15,808 nt of DNA from assembly GCA_964399605.1 (NCBI GenBank), contig CAYNRH010000003.1, forward strand, positions 1,887 to 17,694. Direction: 5' to 3'. The notes under the pieces are model-generated. The model was not told the origin of the DNA. It saw only the letters and a program-made list of their open reading frames with translations, and ran no database searches. Within the stretch, counting starts at the first letter, position 1. Each line of letters begins with the position of its first letter. This DNA comes from an uncultured archaeon. GTDB lineage: Archaea > Aenigmatarchaeota > Aenigmatarchaeia > PWEA01 > JAGHBM01. Shown here piece after piece: positions 1-7,429 of the stretch. The position numbers were made by a program, and so were the translations under genes.

Positions 1-1622
1 CCTTCTCCGCCACCTCCTCCTGTAGCTATAACCTTCGCTGAAGAGTAGTCATTGTAGCATTTGGGTATGTAAATCTTGATGTATCTGAAATCTCCAGGAA
101 CTGTTAGAGTTTTTTTGTATATAGTTTTAGGATGCCATGTCTCCTGGGTAACTGTTGCGTTGTAAAATAAATTCCATTCCTTTCCATCCTCGGAATAATA
201 AACAAACATCGGGGATGTGCAGCCCTGTGCCCACCCTGGTTTGTATTCTATCTCTATTGACGAGCCTTCATTAAAAATCTTTCCCAAGTCATGAACGTGA
301 GTGGTCAAATAGCAGCAACAGCAATCTTTCATATTGCCCTTTGAACCCGAGGGCCACCCGCACTTCTGTGCAGAACTTGAAGGCTCTGACCAGCCCTTGC
401 CATTGTTGCATACGTCGTACCCTGTTTCTGATGGTATGGTTGTGGTAGTTGTTGTCCTTTTCTTTCCTATAAAAGCTAAATTGATTACCGGTGCACCAGT
501 AGGACACCCCGAATTAATTAAATAATCCCCATTTTCCAAATTGAATTTTTCGTAAGGTCCTATCCTATCAGAGATGAATGTTTTATCATCATAACTAATT
601 ATTAATTTATGTGCCGTTGAGTAAAAACATGAAAGTTGCGTAGTATCTATAGTGTAATCAACTCCATTGAAAGTTATCTCAAAAATTTTCTTTTTTTCAA
701 GGTCTAAATGGTACTTCTTTCCAGTTTCATAACTCTTTAAGCATTTTCCGACTATACATCCATAAGGACAATTATAATATTCATAGTTGTATTTTCCATT
801 AACGCAATAACCCTCCTTTAATGTTTTATCATTAACACATAGGTCGTATGTTTCAGAGTTTCCATTGTCATATGTTATCTTTCCATTCTCATAGTAATCC
901 TTACCGCCGTCGGAATCTGTGCAAGTTGGTTTTTCTTTAATACATGCCCCATCTTTACATCCGTTTGGACAATGATATCCTTGTGCAAGAACTTCTCCAT
1001 TTTCACACCAATGTTCATAAATTTTACATCTCGGGTCACTTGAATCACAACTATCAACTGGACTTCCACTTCCATCCGAATTTAATAAATAACAACTTTC
1101 TATAATATCTGTTTTTCCTACAGCAGTACCAGATAAAATTCCTTTCTCATAATAATTTTTTCCACCATCGGAATCAGTGCAAGTTGGTTCCTCCTCTGAT
1201 GTTTCCCAAAATCTGAGTGCAATTTGGTCTACAGCACAGGGTATTCCTGTAATTTCTACCGATGTCCAATTATTAACCCATGCCCTTGAACCCAAAACTA
1301 GATTCTCATATCTCTTTCCATCAATAATTAAGTTTATATTGCCGTTGGGACCGCAACCGTTATATTCAACTTTTATCTCATACTCTGTGCCATCGAAAGT
1401 GTTTATAATTGCGGGTTGACTTGTATTTATTGTGTAATCCTCGTGAAAATCATCTCCCGGTAATAAGCAATCCGCGGGACAATTATATGTAGTTTCCTCT
1501 CCTATATCGCATACTCCATTACCACAGGTTTCCTCTGCCAAAGCATTCCCAGACAAAAAAGAAAAAACAGACAAAACAAATATTGAAACCAACACAGCCG
1601 AAAAGAGATTTTTATTTATCAT
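1..1622 (-). CDS. Secreted cysteine-rich modular repeat protein, N-terminal 540 codons. Start ATG at 1622-1620; the C-terminus runs off the window at position 1.
   Basis: Hand translation of the minus strand gives an uninterrupted frame from 1622 down to position 3. The supplied ORF track omits it, apparently because there is no in-window stop. The N-terminus MINKNLFSAVLVSIFVLSVFSFLSGNALA is a canonical Sec signal peptide with an AxA site. It is followed by ETCGNGVCDIGEETTYNCPADC and then two tandem ~86-codon Cys-rich modules, each starting PTCTDSDGGK(N/D)YYE(K/N)G. The DNA direct repeat is 886-935 vs 1144-1193. Further on are a poly-Thr linker (KKRTTTTTTIPS), a CCC triplet and a GGGGG run at the edge. 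No confident family assignment. Confidence 0.75.
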   Translation of the reverse strand, partial: MINKNLFSAVLVSIFVLSVFSFLSGNALAEETCGNGVCDIGEETTYNCPADCLLPGDDFHEDYTINTSQPAIINTFDGTEYEIKVEYNGCGPNGNINLIIDGKRYENLVLGSRAWVNNWTSVEITGIPCAVDQIALRFWETSEEEPTCTDSDGGKNYYEKGILSGTAVGKTDIIESCYLLNSDGSGSPVDSCDSSDPRCKIYEHWCENGEVLAQGYHCPNGCKDGACIKEKPTCTDSDGGKDYYENGKITYDNGNSETYDLCVNDKTLKEGYCVNGKYNYEYYNCPYGCIVGKCLKSYETGKKYHLDLEKKKIFEITFNGVDYTIDTTQLSCFYSTAHKLIISYDDKTFISDRIGPYEKFNLENGDYLINSGCPTGAPVINLAFIGKKRTTTTTTIPSETGYDVCNNGKGWSEPSSSAQKCGWPSGSKGNMKDCCCCYLTTHVHDLGKIFNEGSSIEIEYKPGWAQGCTSPMFVYYSEDGKEWNLFYNATVTQETWHPKTIYKKTLTVPGDFRYIKIYIPKCYNDYSSAKVIATGGGGGE

Positions 1623-1687
1623 GATTTAAATTGTTGGGTTTATTTATTTAAATATAACGTTTTTATTCGGCTTGAGACTAAACATGT

Positions 1688-2002
1688 TCATTTTTCAGCA
1701 CCTCCGAATTTATTGTAAGCATAGAAAATCATGCATGAAACTAGATACCAAAATATGATGTCAATAATTAAAGCGATGGAACCAAAGGTCATATGTGAAA
1801 GTGGAACGTAAGCAAAGTGGTGTTTTATTATGAAAGAAAGTGGAAAACCAAATACACCCCATGGCCCATTTGTCAAATTCACCGCTCCATGATTCAAAAG
1901 ATAATGTAAAGTCGGTCCAGGAAGAAAACTAGTTAGTATTAAAATAACAATCATCAATAGAATCTTCCTCCAATTAGGTTTTAAGAAAACTTTCAGGTTC
2001 AT
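1688..2002 (-). CDS. Small hydrophobic membrane protein (104 aa, 2-3 predicted TM helices), hypothetical
   Basis: ORF in the track; strongly hydrophobic segments (ILLMIVILILTSF, FGSIALIIDIIFWYLVSCMIFYAY). It sits between two co-oriented genes with short gaps (34 and 65 nt). No family recognised. Confidence 0.5.
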   Translation of the reverse strand: MNLKVFLKPNWRKILLMIVILILTSFLPGPTLHYLLNHGAVNLTNGPWGVFGFPLSFIIKHHFAYVPLSHMTFGSIALIIDIIFWYLVSCMIFYAYNKFGGAEK

Positions 2003-2036
2003 AATATCGCTATATATAATATTGGTGTGATTTTTA

Positions 2037-2402
2037 TTATTTGTAACTCATACATTCAGCACTCAATATCCGACTGTTATCATCCATATGTATTGATACG
2101 TCTTTTGCAGTTACACCGTCTGGCCACTTAGCAACAGGAATTTCTATTTCCCATAAATCCGATGGTTGAATGTACTTTATTGTCACATTTTCCCAATTCA
2201 AGCTATCTGTCGTAAGTCCACACTCGCTCAATGCTTCCTCCACTTTATGTGAATGTGATAGATAATTCATTACCTCTTCTTGAGTCATATCTTGTACATC
2301 TTCATAATTAGTGGGCTGAACTTTATAGAATGATATTATCAATACTAGAACTACTAACATAACTATTATTCCGATGAGACCATGATTTATTTTATTTTTC
2401 AT
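2037..2402 (-). CDS. Signal-anchored (N-terminal TM) protein with an ~95-aa extracytoplasmic domain, hypothetical
   Basis: The N-terminus MKNKINHGLIGIIVMLVVLVLIISFY is a single uncleaved hydrophobic anchor, followed by a hydrophilic acidic domain. It is the first gene of a minus-strand gene string, divergent from the regulator gene. A TATA-like tract at 2425-2445 sits ~25-35 nt upstream on the minus strand. Confidence 0.55.
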   Translation of the reverse strand: MKNKINHGLIGIIVMLVVLVLIISFYKVQPTNYEDVQDMTQEEVMNYLSHSHKVEEALSECGLTTDSLNWENVTIKYIQPSDLWEIEIPVAKWPDGVTAKDVSIHMDDNSRILSAECMSYK

Positions 2403-2452
2403 TTTATCACATCATTTATTGTATGAATAATAAATATAAATACTTGTCGATT

Positions 2453-2474
2453 TTGTTCGGTTTCTGCCTAACAA
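2453..2474. promoter_or_regulatory. Imperfect inverted repeat TTGTTCGG-n6-CCTAACAA (7/8 match) between the divergent TATA boxes; candidate operator
   Basis: Read directly from the sequence. The left arm is 2453-2460 and the right arm 2467-2474. A TATA-like tttatatttt lies at 2481-2490, ~24 nt upstream of the ATG at 2509. The minus-strand TATA-like tract is 2425-2445. Binding is an inference. Confidence 0.35.
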
Positions 2475-2508
2475 TTGATTTTTATATTTTTGTTGCCATT
2501 ATTGAATT

Positions 2509-3015
2509 ATGGAAATTACGAAGAAAACCATAAAGGCGCTGGCATCTGATACGCGCCTGGAGATTTTAAAAATTCTGGCAAGGAGAAGAAGAATTGCCGC
2601 TGACATAGCAAAGGATTTGGAACTTGCGCCATCAACCGTTAATGAGCACTTAAAAAAATTAGAAGAGTCCGAATTGATAAGAAGAAAAGACACAGGGCAC
2701 AAATGGATTTATTATGAAATTACAGAAAAAGGGAAAAATCTTGTCCAGCCAAAAACTCCTGTTCAGTTCATATTGATATTGTCACTTGGTTTCTTGATGA
2801 TGGTTATTGGAGGGTTTTATTCTTTTGCTGGGGAAGTGAGATCATTTGCCGGGGAAGCAGCACCGCTTTCAATATCAAAAGGTACTGGTGATGCAACAGG
2901 TGTAGTGCAATACACTGGACCTGGAATAAACTGGATTGGAGTAATAATTCTGGTTGTAGGAATAATATTGGTTGTAATTGGATTATATGAAATTTTGAAG
3001 AAAAAAGTTAAATAA
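2509..3015 (+). CDS. ArsR/SmtB-family winged-HTH transcriptional regulator with a C-terminal two-helix membrane anchor
   Basis: The N-terminal ~80 aa (ALASDTRLEILKILARRRRIAADIAKDLELAPSTVNEHLKKLEESELIRRK...YYEITEKG) matches the ArsR/HTH_20 wHTH pattern. It lacks the metal-binding Cys motif. The C-terminal half has two strongly hydrophobic helices (VQFILILSLGFLMMVIGGFYSFA and IGVIILVVGIILVVIGLY) flanking a ~35-aa loop with a duplicated SFAGE. Confidence 0.8.
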   Translation: MEITKKTIKALASDTRLEILKILARRRRIAADIAKDLELAPSTVNEHLKKLEESELIRRKDTGHKWIYYEITEKGKNLVQPKTPVQFILILSLGFLMMVIGGFYSFAGEVRSFAGEAAPLSISKGTGDATGVVQYTGPGINWIGVIILVVGIILVVIGLYEILKKKVK

Positions 3016-3033
3016 AAAAAAGAGAATATTATC

Positions 3034-4587
3034 ATGACCAAAGGAATCAGTCCCCTCATTGCTACAGTCATAATGGTTGCTTTCATAATATCATTGGGCT
3101 GGATTGCTTCGCAGTTCATCATGGGCTATACAGAAAAAACAAAAAGTGGAATAGAAACCGGGGGAATTGTTGATTACTCCGGGGCAAGGCTGGAAATAGA
3201 AAGTGATAAAGTGAGCATAGGACAGACTATAAAAATACCAGTTTCTAACGTTGGTGATAAAGATTTAGACAATCTAAGAGTGATTGTTTACAATGAGTCG
3301 GGGGCTTTTACCTTTACTCCAAATCCGGATTCTATAGAGATTGGATATACCAAATCTCTTGAAGTAGACTGTATTCCAGGAAATATTACCAAAATAGAGG
3401 TCACAAGTTCGAGAACTCCGGGAAAAAAATATGAATATAAAATTACGGGTGGCATAATCCGAAAGGTTCTTATTTCTGATTGCGCAGAATTGAACCAGTC
3501 GGGAGTATCTTATTATTTAACATCGGATATAACAGACTCTTCTACATCCAATTGTATAAACATAACGGCAAATGATATAACATTTGATTGCCAAGGACAT
3601 ACTATAGACGGGGATGATACAGCAGACACTGGCATAAGAATTTACAAGGCCAGTGGGACAACTGTAAAAAACTGTACATTAACCGATTGGGACACCCGGG
3701 GGGTATATATATATCATGCAGATGAGAATAAAATTGAAAACATATGGATAAGTTCATGTACGGATGATGGATTTGCAATAGCAAGATCTAAACATAATAC
3801 AATAACCAACATAACCACAAACAATAATGGGGATTATGGATTCTATCTGGGATATTCGGCCGACCTCAACGAAATTACAAATTCTACTGCAAATTCAAAT
3901 AATCGTGGATTCTATTTCGCTGACGATGCAAATAATAATACATTAAGAAACTGCATTGCAAATTCAAATACAGGATATGGCGGTTTTGTGATGGGCACAA
4001 TGGGTGGTGGTAGTCATAATAATACTTTTATAAACTGCACAGCGAATTTCAATGATGGTTTATCCTATTCAGCTGGTTTTTTCTTTTGGGGAGCCGATAT
4101 TGGTTCAGATTCAAATATAATTTTAAATTCAACAGCGAATTCAAATAGTTATGGTTTCGAATTTAGTGATGATAGTGATTACAACATAATTAAAAATTCT
4201 GTTGCAGAAAATAACACCAATGGAGGAATATTTCTAGACTCAAATTTTGGAGACCCCGAATATAATAAAATTTACAATTGCCTTTTTAATAACTCTGGAA
4301 CATATGGAAATGTAAGAATAGACTCTATCATACCTAATCCAAACTATTGGAACACGACAAAGCAAACAGGAACAAGAATATATTCTTCTGGAAACTACAT
4401 TGGCGGGAATTATTGGACGAATTCCACAGATAACGGATACTCTGATACATGCCCTGATACAGACAACAATGGATTTTGCGACCAGGTTTATGATGTTTAT
4501 AACGATACGTGGTGCGAGCCTGGAGTAAACTGTTCTTCTAATGTAGATTATCTTCCTTTGAGCGATGAATGGATGTTACCAGATTAG
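3034..4587 (+). CDS. Cell-surface protein with an archaeal class III (type IV pilin-like) signal peptide and a right-handed parallel beta-helix (PbH1/NosD-like) repeat domain
   Basis: The N-terminus MTKGISPLIATVIMVAFIISLGWIASQF fits the archaeal pilin/archaellin N-terminal pattern ([KR]G-x-SP-x-IATV-hydrophobic). The body has many short repeats of the type N-x-I-x-N-[CS]/T-A-N-S-N-x-YGF that are characteristic of beta-helix coils. There are ~18 N-x-S/T sequons and a C-terminal Cys-rich tail (CPDTDNNGFCD...WCEPGVNC). An 18-nt gap to the upstream regulator gene implies co-transcription. Confidence 0.85.
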   Translation: MTKGISPLIATVIMVAFIISLGWIASQFIMGYTEKTKSGIETGGIVDYSGARLEIESDKVSIGQTIKIPVSNVGDKDLDNLRVIVYNESGAFTFTPNPDSIEIGYTKSLEVDCIPGNITKIEVTSSRTPGKKYEYKITGGIIRKVLISDCAELNQSGVSYYLTSDITDSSTSNCINITANDITFDCQGHTIDGDDTADTGIRIYKASGTTVKNCTLTDWDTRGVYIYHADENKIENIWISSCTDDGFAIARSKHNTITNITTNNNGDYGFYLGYSADLNEITNSTANSNNRGFYFADDANNNTLRNCIANSNTGYGGFVMGTMGGGSHNNTFINCTANFNDGLSYSAGFFFWGADIGSDSNIILNSTANSNSYGFEFSDDSDYNIIKNSVAENNTNGGIFLDSNFGDPEYNKIYNCLFNNSGTYGNVRIDSIIPNPNYWNTTKQTGTRIYSSGNYIGGNYWTNSTDNGYSDTCPDTDNNGFCDQVYDVYNDTWCEPGVNCSSNVDYLPLSDEWMLPD

Positions 4588-4611
4588 GAAGAGTGTGGGT
4601 TTGCATCATCT

Positions 4612-4680
4612 AGTTCAGACTCACACATGACATCACTTGTAGCATTGAAATAATCAGTTATTTTCAGAATCGTATCGACA
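4612..4680 (-). pseudogene. Decayed ~70-nt fragment homologous to an internal segment of the adjacent stomatin gene (5116-5210)
   Basis: Direct nucleotide comparison shows 4612-4680 aligns with 5116-5210 at about 85% identity with one 24-nt gap. The reverse strand reads VDTILKITDYFNATSDVMCESEL, against IEDAILKIRDYFNAT[RQYAQTAL]RDVIGDSELD in the intact gene. It lies immediately downstream of the stomatin stop codon. Confidence 0.6.
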
Positions 4681-4685
4681 AAAAA

Positions 4686-5549
4686 TTATTTCTTTTTCTT
4701 TGCTGTTGTTTTTGGTGATTTTGGTGTTATATCTTTTATAAAATCCCTTCCTGCCTCAAAGGCTTCCAGTATTTCCAATGGTATTGCAAAAACAACAGTG
4801 TTGCTTTGGTCAGAGCTCATATCATTGATTGTGTTTAAAGTTCTCAGATGCAAAGCTCCGGGGCTGCTCGCCAAAACACGCGCTGCCTTGGATAAGTTAC
4901 TTGATGCAATAACCTCACCTTCTGCCTTAATTATGACAGCTCTTTTTTCCCTTTCTGCTTCTGCCTGCTTTGCCATTGTCCTTTTCATGTTTTCCGGGAG
5001 TTCAATGTGCTGAAGTTTTATTGAAACTATATCTACTCCCCAACCATCTGTCTCCTTGTCAACTATTTCCTTAATTTCTTTGGCAATTTTCTCCCTGTCC
5101 ATCAAAACCCTATCCAGTTCAGAGTCGCCTATGACATCCCTTAGCGCTGTCTGAGCATACTGCCTTGTAGCATTGAAGTAATCCCTTATTTTCAGAATTG
5201 CATCTTCTATTCTCACAACCTTGAAATAAACCACAGCATCTATTTTCATGGGCACATTGTCTTTTGTCATAACTTCCTGGACAGGTATGTCCACAGTCAA
5301 TATTCTCATATCAACTTTCATGATACTTTCAAAAATTGGTATAAAATAATTCAATCCCGGCTTTAGAATGCCTACATATTTTCCAAGCCTGAATCTGACT
5401 CCGGCTTCATACTCATAAATTACCCTTATACCGAAAAGGGATATAAAGAACATTATTCCAAAGATTATGGACCATGTTGAATTCAGAATAAAGAGACCTG
5501 CTGTAAGAATAAACAAAAGTATTGGAACCATCCAGCTTACTGATGACAT
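4686..5549 (-). CDS. SPFH/band-7 family protein (stomatin/prohibitin-like) with an N-terminal membrane hairpin
   Basis: Motifs IYEYEAGVRFRLGKYVGILKPGLNYFIPIFE...VDMRILTVDIPVQEVMTKDNVPMKIDAVVYFKV and the following coiled-coil (AKQAEAEREKRAVIIKAEGE) match the SPFH domain. There is a Lys-rich C-terminal tail (KKKK) and an oligo-T terminator right after the stop on the minus strand. Confidence 0.9.
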   Translation of the reverse strand: MSSVSWMVPILLFILTAGLFILNSTWSIIFGIMFFISLFGIRVIYEYEAGVRFRLGKYVGILKPGLNYFIPIFESIMKVDMRILTVDIPVQEVMTKDNVPMKIDAVVYFKVVRIEDAILKIRDYFNATRQYAQTALRDVIGDSELDRVLMDREKIAKEIKEIVDKETDGWGVDIVSIKLQHIELPENMKRTMAKQAEAEREKRAVIIKAEGEVIASSNLSKAARVLASSPGALHLRTLNTINDMSSDQSNTVVFAIPLEILEAFEAGRDFIKDITPKSPKTTAKKKK

Positions 5550-5624
5550 ATTATAAAAATATTAATGCAAATATAAAAAGCTTTTAAAACTCTGTTGATA
5601 AAACAAATCATGTCGTAAGATGCC

Positions 5625-6155
5625 TTGGAGACGACACACGATGCAATTGAAGACGGAATAGTATATGAATTACTTTTAAATACATCAAAAGAAAAAAATG
5701 AAGAGAGGAAAAAAATGAAAAAAATATACAATTATTTAATTACAGGAGTAATTTCAGCATTATTAATAAACATCATACTTTTCTTGATTCAAAACTACAA
5801 CCTCTTCATTGCCATAATATCCTCATTATCCAATTTCGTATATGTTCAGAACGCGCTTATTAAAGGATTAACATACATATTTATTTACAGTATAATATAT
5901 GGACTCATTTTTGGAACGGGTTTTTATTTCTTTTTTAAAAAAATAAAAATTAAATCAGAAATGAAAAGTTCCGTTCTATTCGGCATATTACTGGGTGTTA
6001 TTTTCGTTATTATAAATTTTATAATACATTATTCAAATACTAATCCAAATTTAATTTATTTCTATCTTGTGGGCATATGGAGCTATGAATTAATTAGATT
6101 TTCATTGATTGGTTTGATATTTTCTTATATAAGAAAAAAAGTAAAAAGCTTTTAA
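5625..6155 (+). CDS. Small polytopic membrane protein (4 predicted TM), hypothetical; alternative start at 5715 (MKKIYNYL..., preceded by agaggaa)
   Basis: ORF in the track. It is extremely AT-rich (~25% GC), Ile/Phe/Tyr/Asn/Lys-rich and hydrophobic. TATA-like tracts at 5552-5590 would give a leaderless start at 5625; an SD-like agaggaa precedes the ATG at 5715. It ends 23 nt upstream of the RuBisCO gene. Confidence 0.55.
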   Translation: METTHDAIEDGIVYELLLNTSKEKNEERKKMKKIYNYLITGVISALLINIILFLIQNYNLFIAIISSLSNFVYVQNALIKGLTYIFIYSIIYGLIFGTGFYFFFKKIKIKSEMKSSVLFGILLGVIFVIINFIIHYSNTNPNLIYFYLVGIWSYELIRFSLIGLIFSYIRKKVKSF

Positions 6156-6178
6156 ATTCAGAAATACAAAAATAAAAT

Positions 6179-7429
6179 ATGTCTTACATTGATTTGAAAT
6201 ACAAGCCGTCAAAGAATGATTTGATTTGTTCTTTCAGGGTTGAACCTGCAAAAGGGTTAAGTGTTAAAAAGGTTGCAGAAGCAGTGGCTGCTGAAAGCTC
6301 TGTGGGAACATGGACTAATGTCAAAACAATGAAGCCAAGGATTAGGAAAATGGCGGCAAGGGTCTTTGAAATAAAAGGCAACTGGGTAAAAATCGCATAT
6401 CCCTCTGTTCTTTTTGAATCAGGCAACATGCCTGAAATAATGAGTTCTATTGGCGGCAATATTTTCGGAATGAGAGCCGCGAAGAACCTTAGATTGGAAG
6501 ATGTTGAATGGCCAGAAAAAATAAAGAAAAGCTTTAAGGGACCCAAGTTCGGAATATATGGTGTAAGAAAATTGCTTCATGTAAAGGACAGGCCACTGGT
6601 CGGGACAATAGTAAAGCCAAAGATAGGATTGAATGAAAGGGAACACGCCAAAGTTGCTTACCAGGCATGGATTGGTGGCTGCGATATAGTCAAGGATGAT
6701 GAAAATCTGACCAGCCAAAGCTTCAACAACTTTGAGAAAAGAGTTAAAGAGACATTGAAAATGAGAGATAGGGCTGAAAACAAAACCGGAGAAAGGAAGA
6801 TGTATATGCCTAACGTGACTGCTGAAACAAAAGAGATGGTTAAGAGAGCTAAGTTTGTGAAAAAACAAGGCGGGGAGTATGTCATGGTTGATATTTTAAC
6901 CGCAGGATGGTCGGGGTTGCAGACGCTTAGAGACGAAGGATTGAACCTGGTTTTGCATGCCCACAGAGCCGGACATGCCGCTTTTACTAGGAATAAAAAA
7001 CATGGCATATCAATGCTGGTTATTGCCGACATAGCAAGGCTGATAGGAGTTGACCAGATTCATATCGGAACTGTGGTAGGAAAGATGGAAGGAGGAAAAG
7101 AAGAAGTTTATCATATAGAAGATGAGATTGAAAAAAGATTCATCAAAGAGAAAGGTCATTATTTGGAAGAAGACTGGAGCAACATAAAACCTGTTTTCGC
7201 AGTTTGCTCGGGCGGGCTGCACCCAGGATTAGTCCAAAAACTAATAAAAATCATGGGCAAAAACATCATAATACAGGCAGGCGGGGGCATCCATGGGCAT
7301 CCAGGGGGAACTGAAGCAGGAGCTACCGCCATGAGGCAGGCTGTTGACGCATCGCTAAAAGGAATTTCACTGAAAAGTTATGCGAAGAACCACCAAGAGC
7401 TAAGGGAAGCCTTAAAGAAGTGGTGTTAA
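6179..7429 (+). CDS. rbcL: Ribulose-1,5-bisphosphate carboxylase/oxygenase large subunit, archaeal form III (or II/III-like)
   Basis: Catalytic motifs are present: VGTIVKPKIGL (the two Lys), GGCDIVKDDENL (carbamylated Lys and the Asp/Glu metal ligands), LHAHRAGHAAF, IHIGTVVGKMEGG and QAGGGIHGHPGG. The 416-aa length fits the short archaeal forms. Confidence 0.92.
   Translation: MSYIDLKYKPSKNDLICSFRVEPAKGLSVKKVAEAVAAESSVGTWTNVKTMKPRIRKMAARVFEIKGNWVKIAYPSVLFESGNMPEIMSSIGGNIFGMRAAKNLRLEDVEWPEKIKKSFKGPKFGIYGVRKLLHVKDRPLVGTIVKPKIGLNEREHAKVAYQAWIGGCDIVKDDENLTSQSFNNFEKRVKETLKMRDRAENKTGERKMYMPNVTAETKEMVKRAKFVKKQGGEYVMVDILTAGWSGLQTLRDEGLNLVLHAHRAGHAAFTRNKKHGISMLVIADIARLIGVDQIHIGTVVGKMEGGKEEVYHIEDEIEKRFIKEKGHYLEEDWSNIKPVFAVCSGGLHPGLVQKLIKIMGKNIIIQAGGGIHGHPGGTEAGATAMRQAVDASLKGISLKSYAKNHQELREALKKWC

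Noticed and set aside
289-1419. Track ORFs 289..507(-), 334..525(+), 875..1075(-), 1177..1419(+)
   Set aside because: All lie inside the uninterrupted 540-codon minus-strand frame (1..1622) and are in other frames. They are shadow ORFs of the secreted Cys-rich protein gene.
5618-5645. Locally GC-rich segment gtcgtaagatgccttggagacgac with a 5-bp stem, considered as a small RNA or tRNA fragment
   Set aside because: No T-loop (GTTCRANYC) or anticodon-arm structure, and the stem is too short. No tRNA-like cloverleaf was found anywhere in the window on either strand.
5537-5731. 64-aa minus-strand ORF across the stomatin/membrane-protein intergenic region
   Set aside because: It overlaps the promoter/TATA region and the start of the plus-strand ORF. 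Its sequence (FFIFFLSSFFSF) is low-complexity, so it is probably not a gene.
6184-7222. Four overlapping minus-strand ORFs (6184..6546, 6419..6868, 6658..7032, 7010..7222) antisense to rbcL
   Set aside because: They are antisense to a gene with unmistakable RuBisCO motifs. Their low-complexity Phe/Leu/Ser-rich translations are typical of antisense frames in AT-rich DNA.
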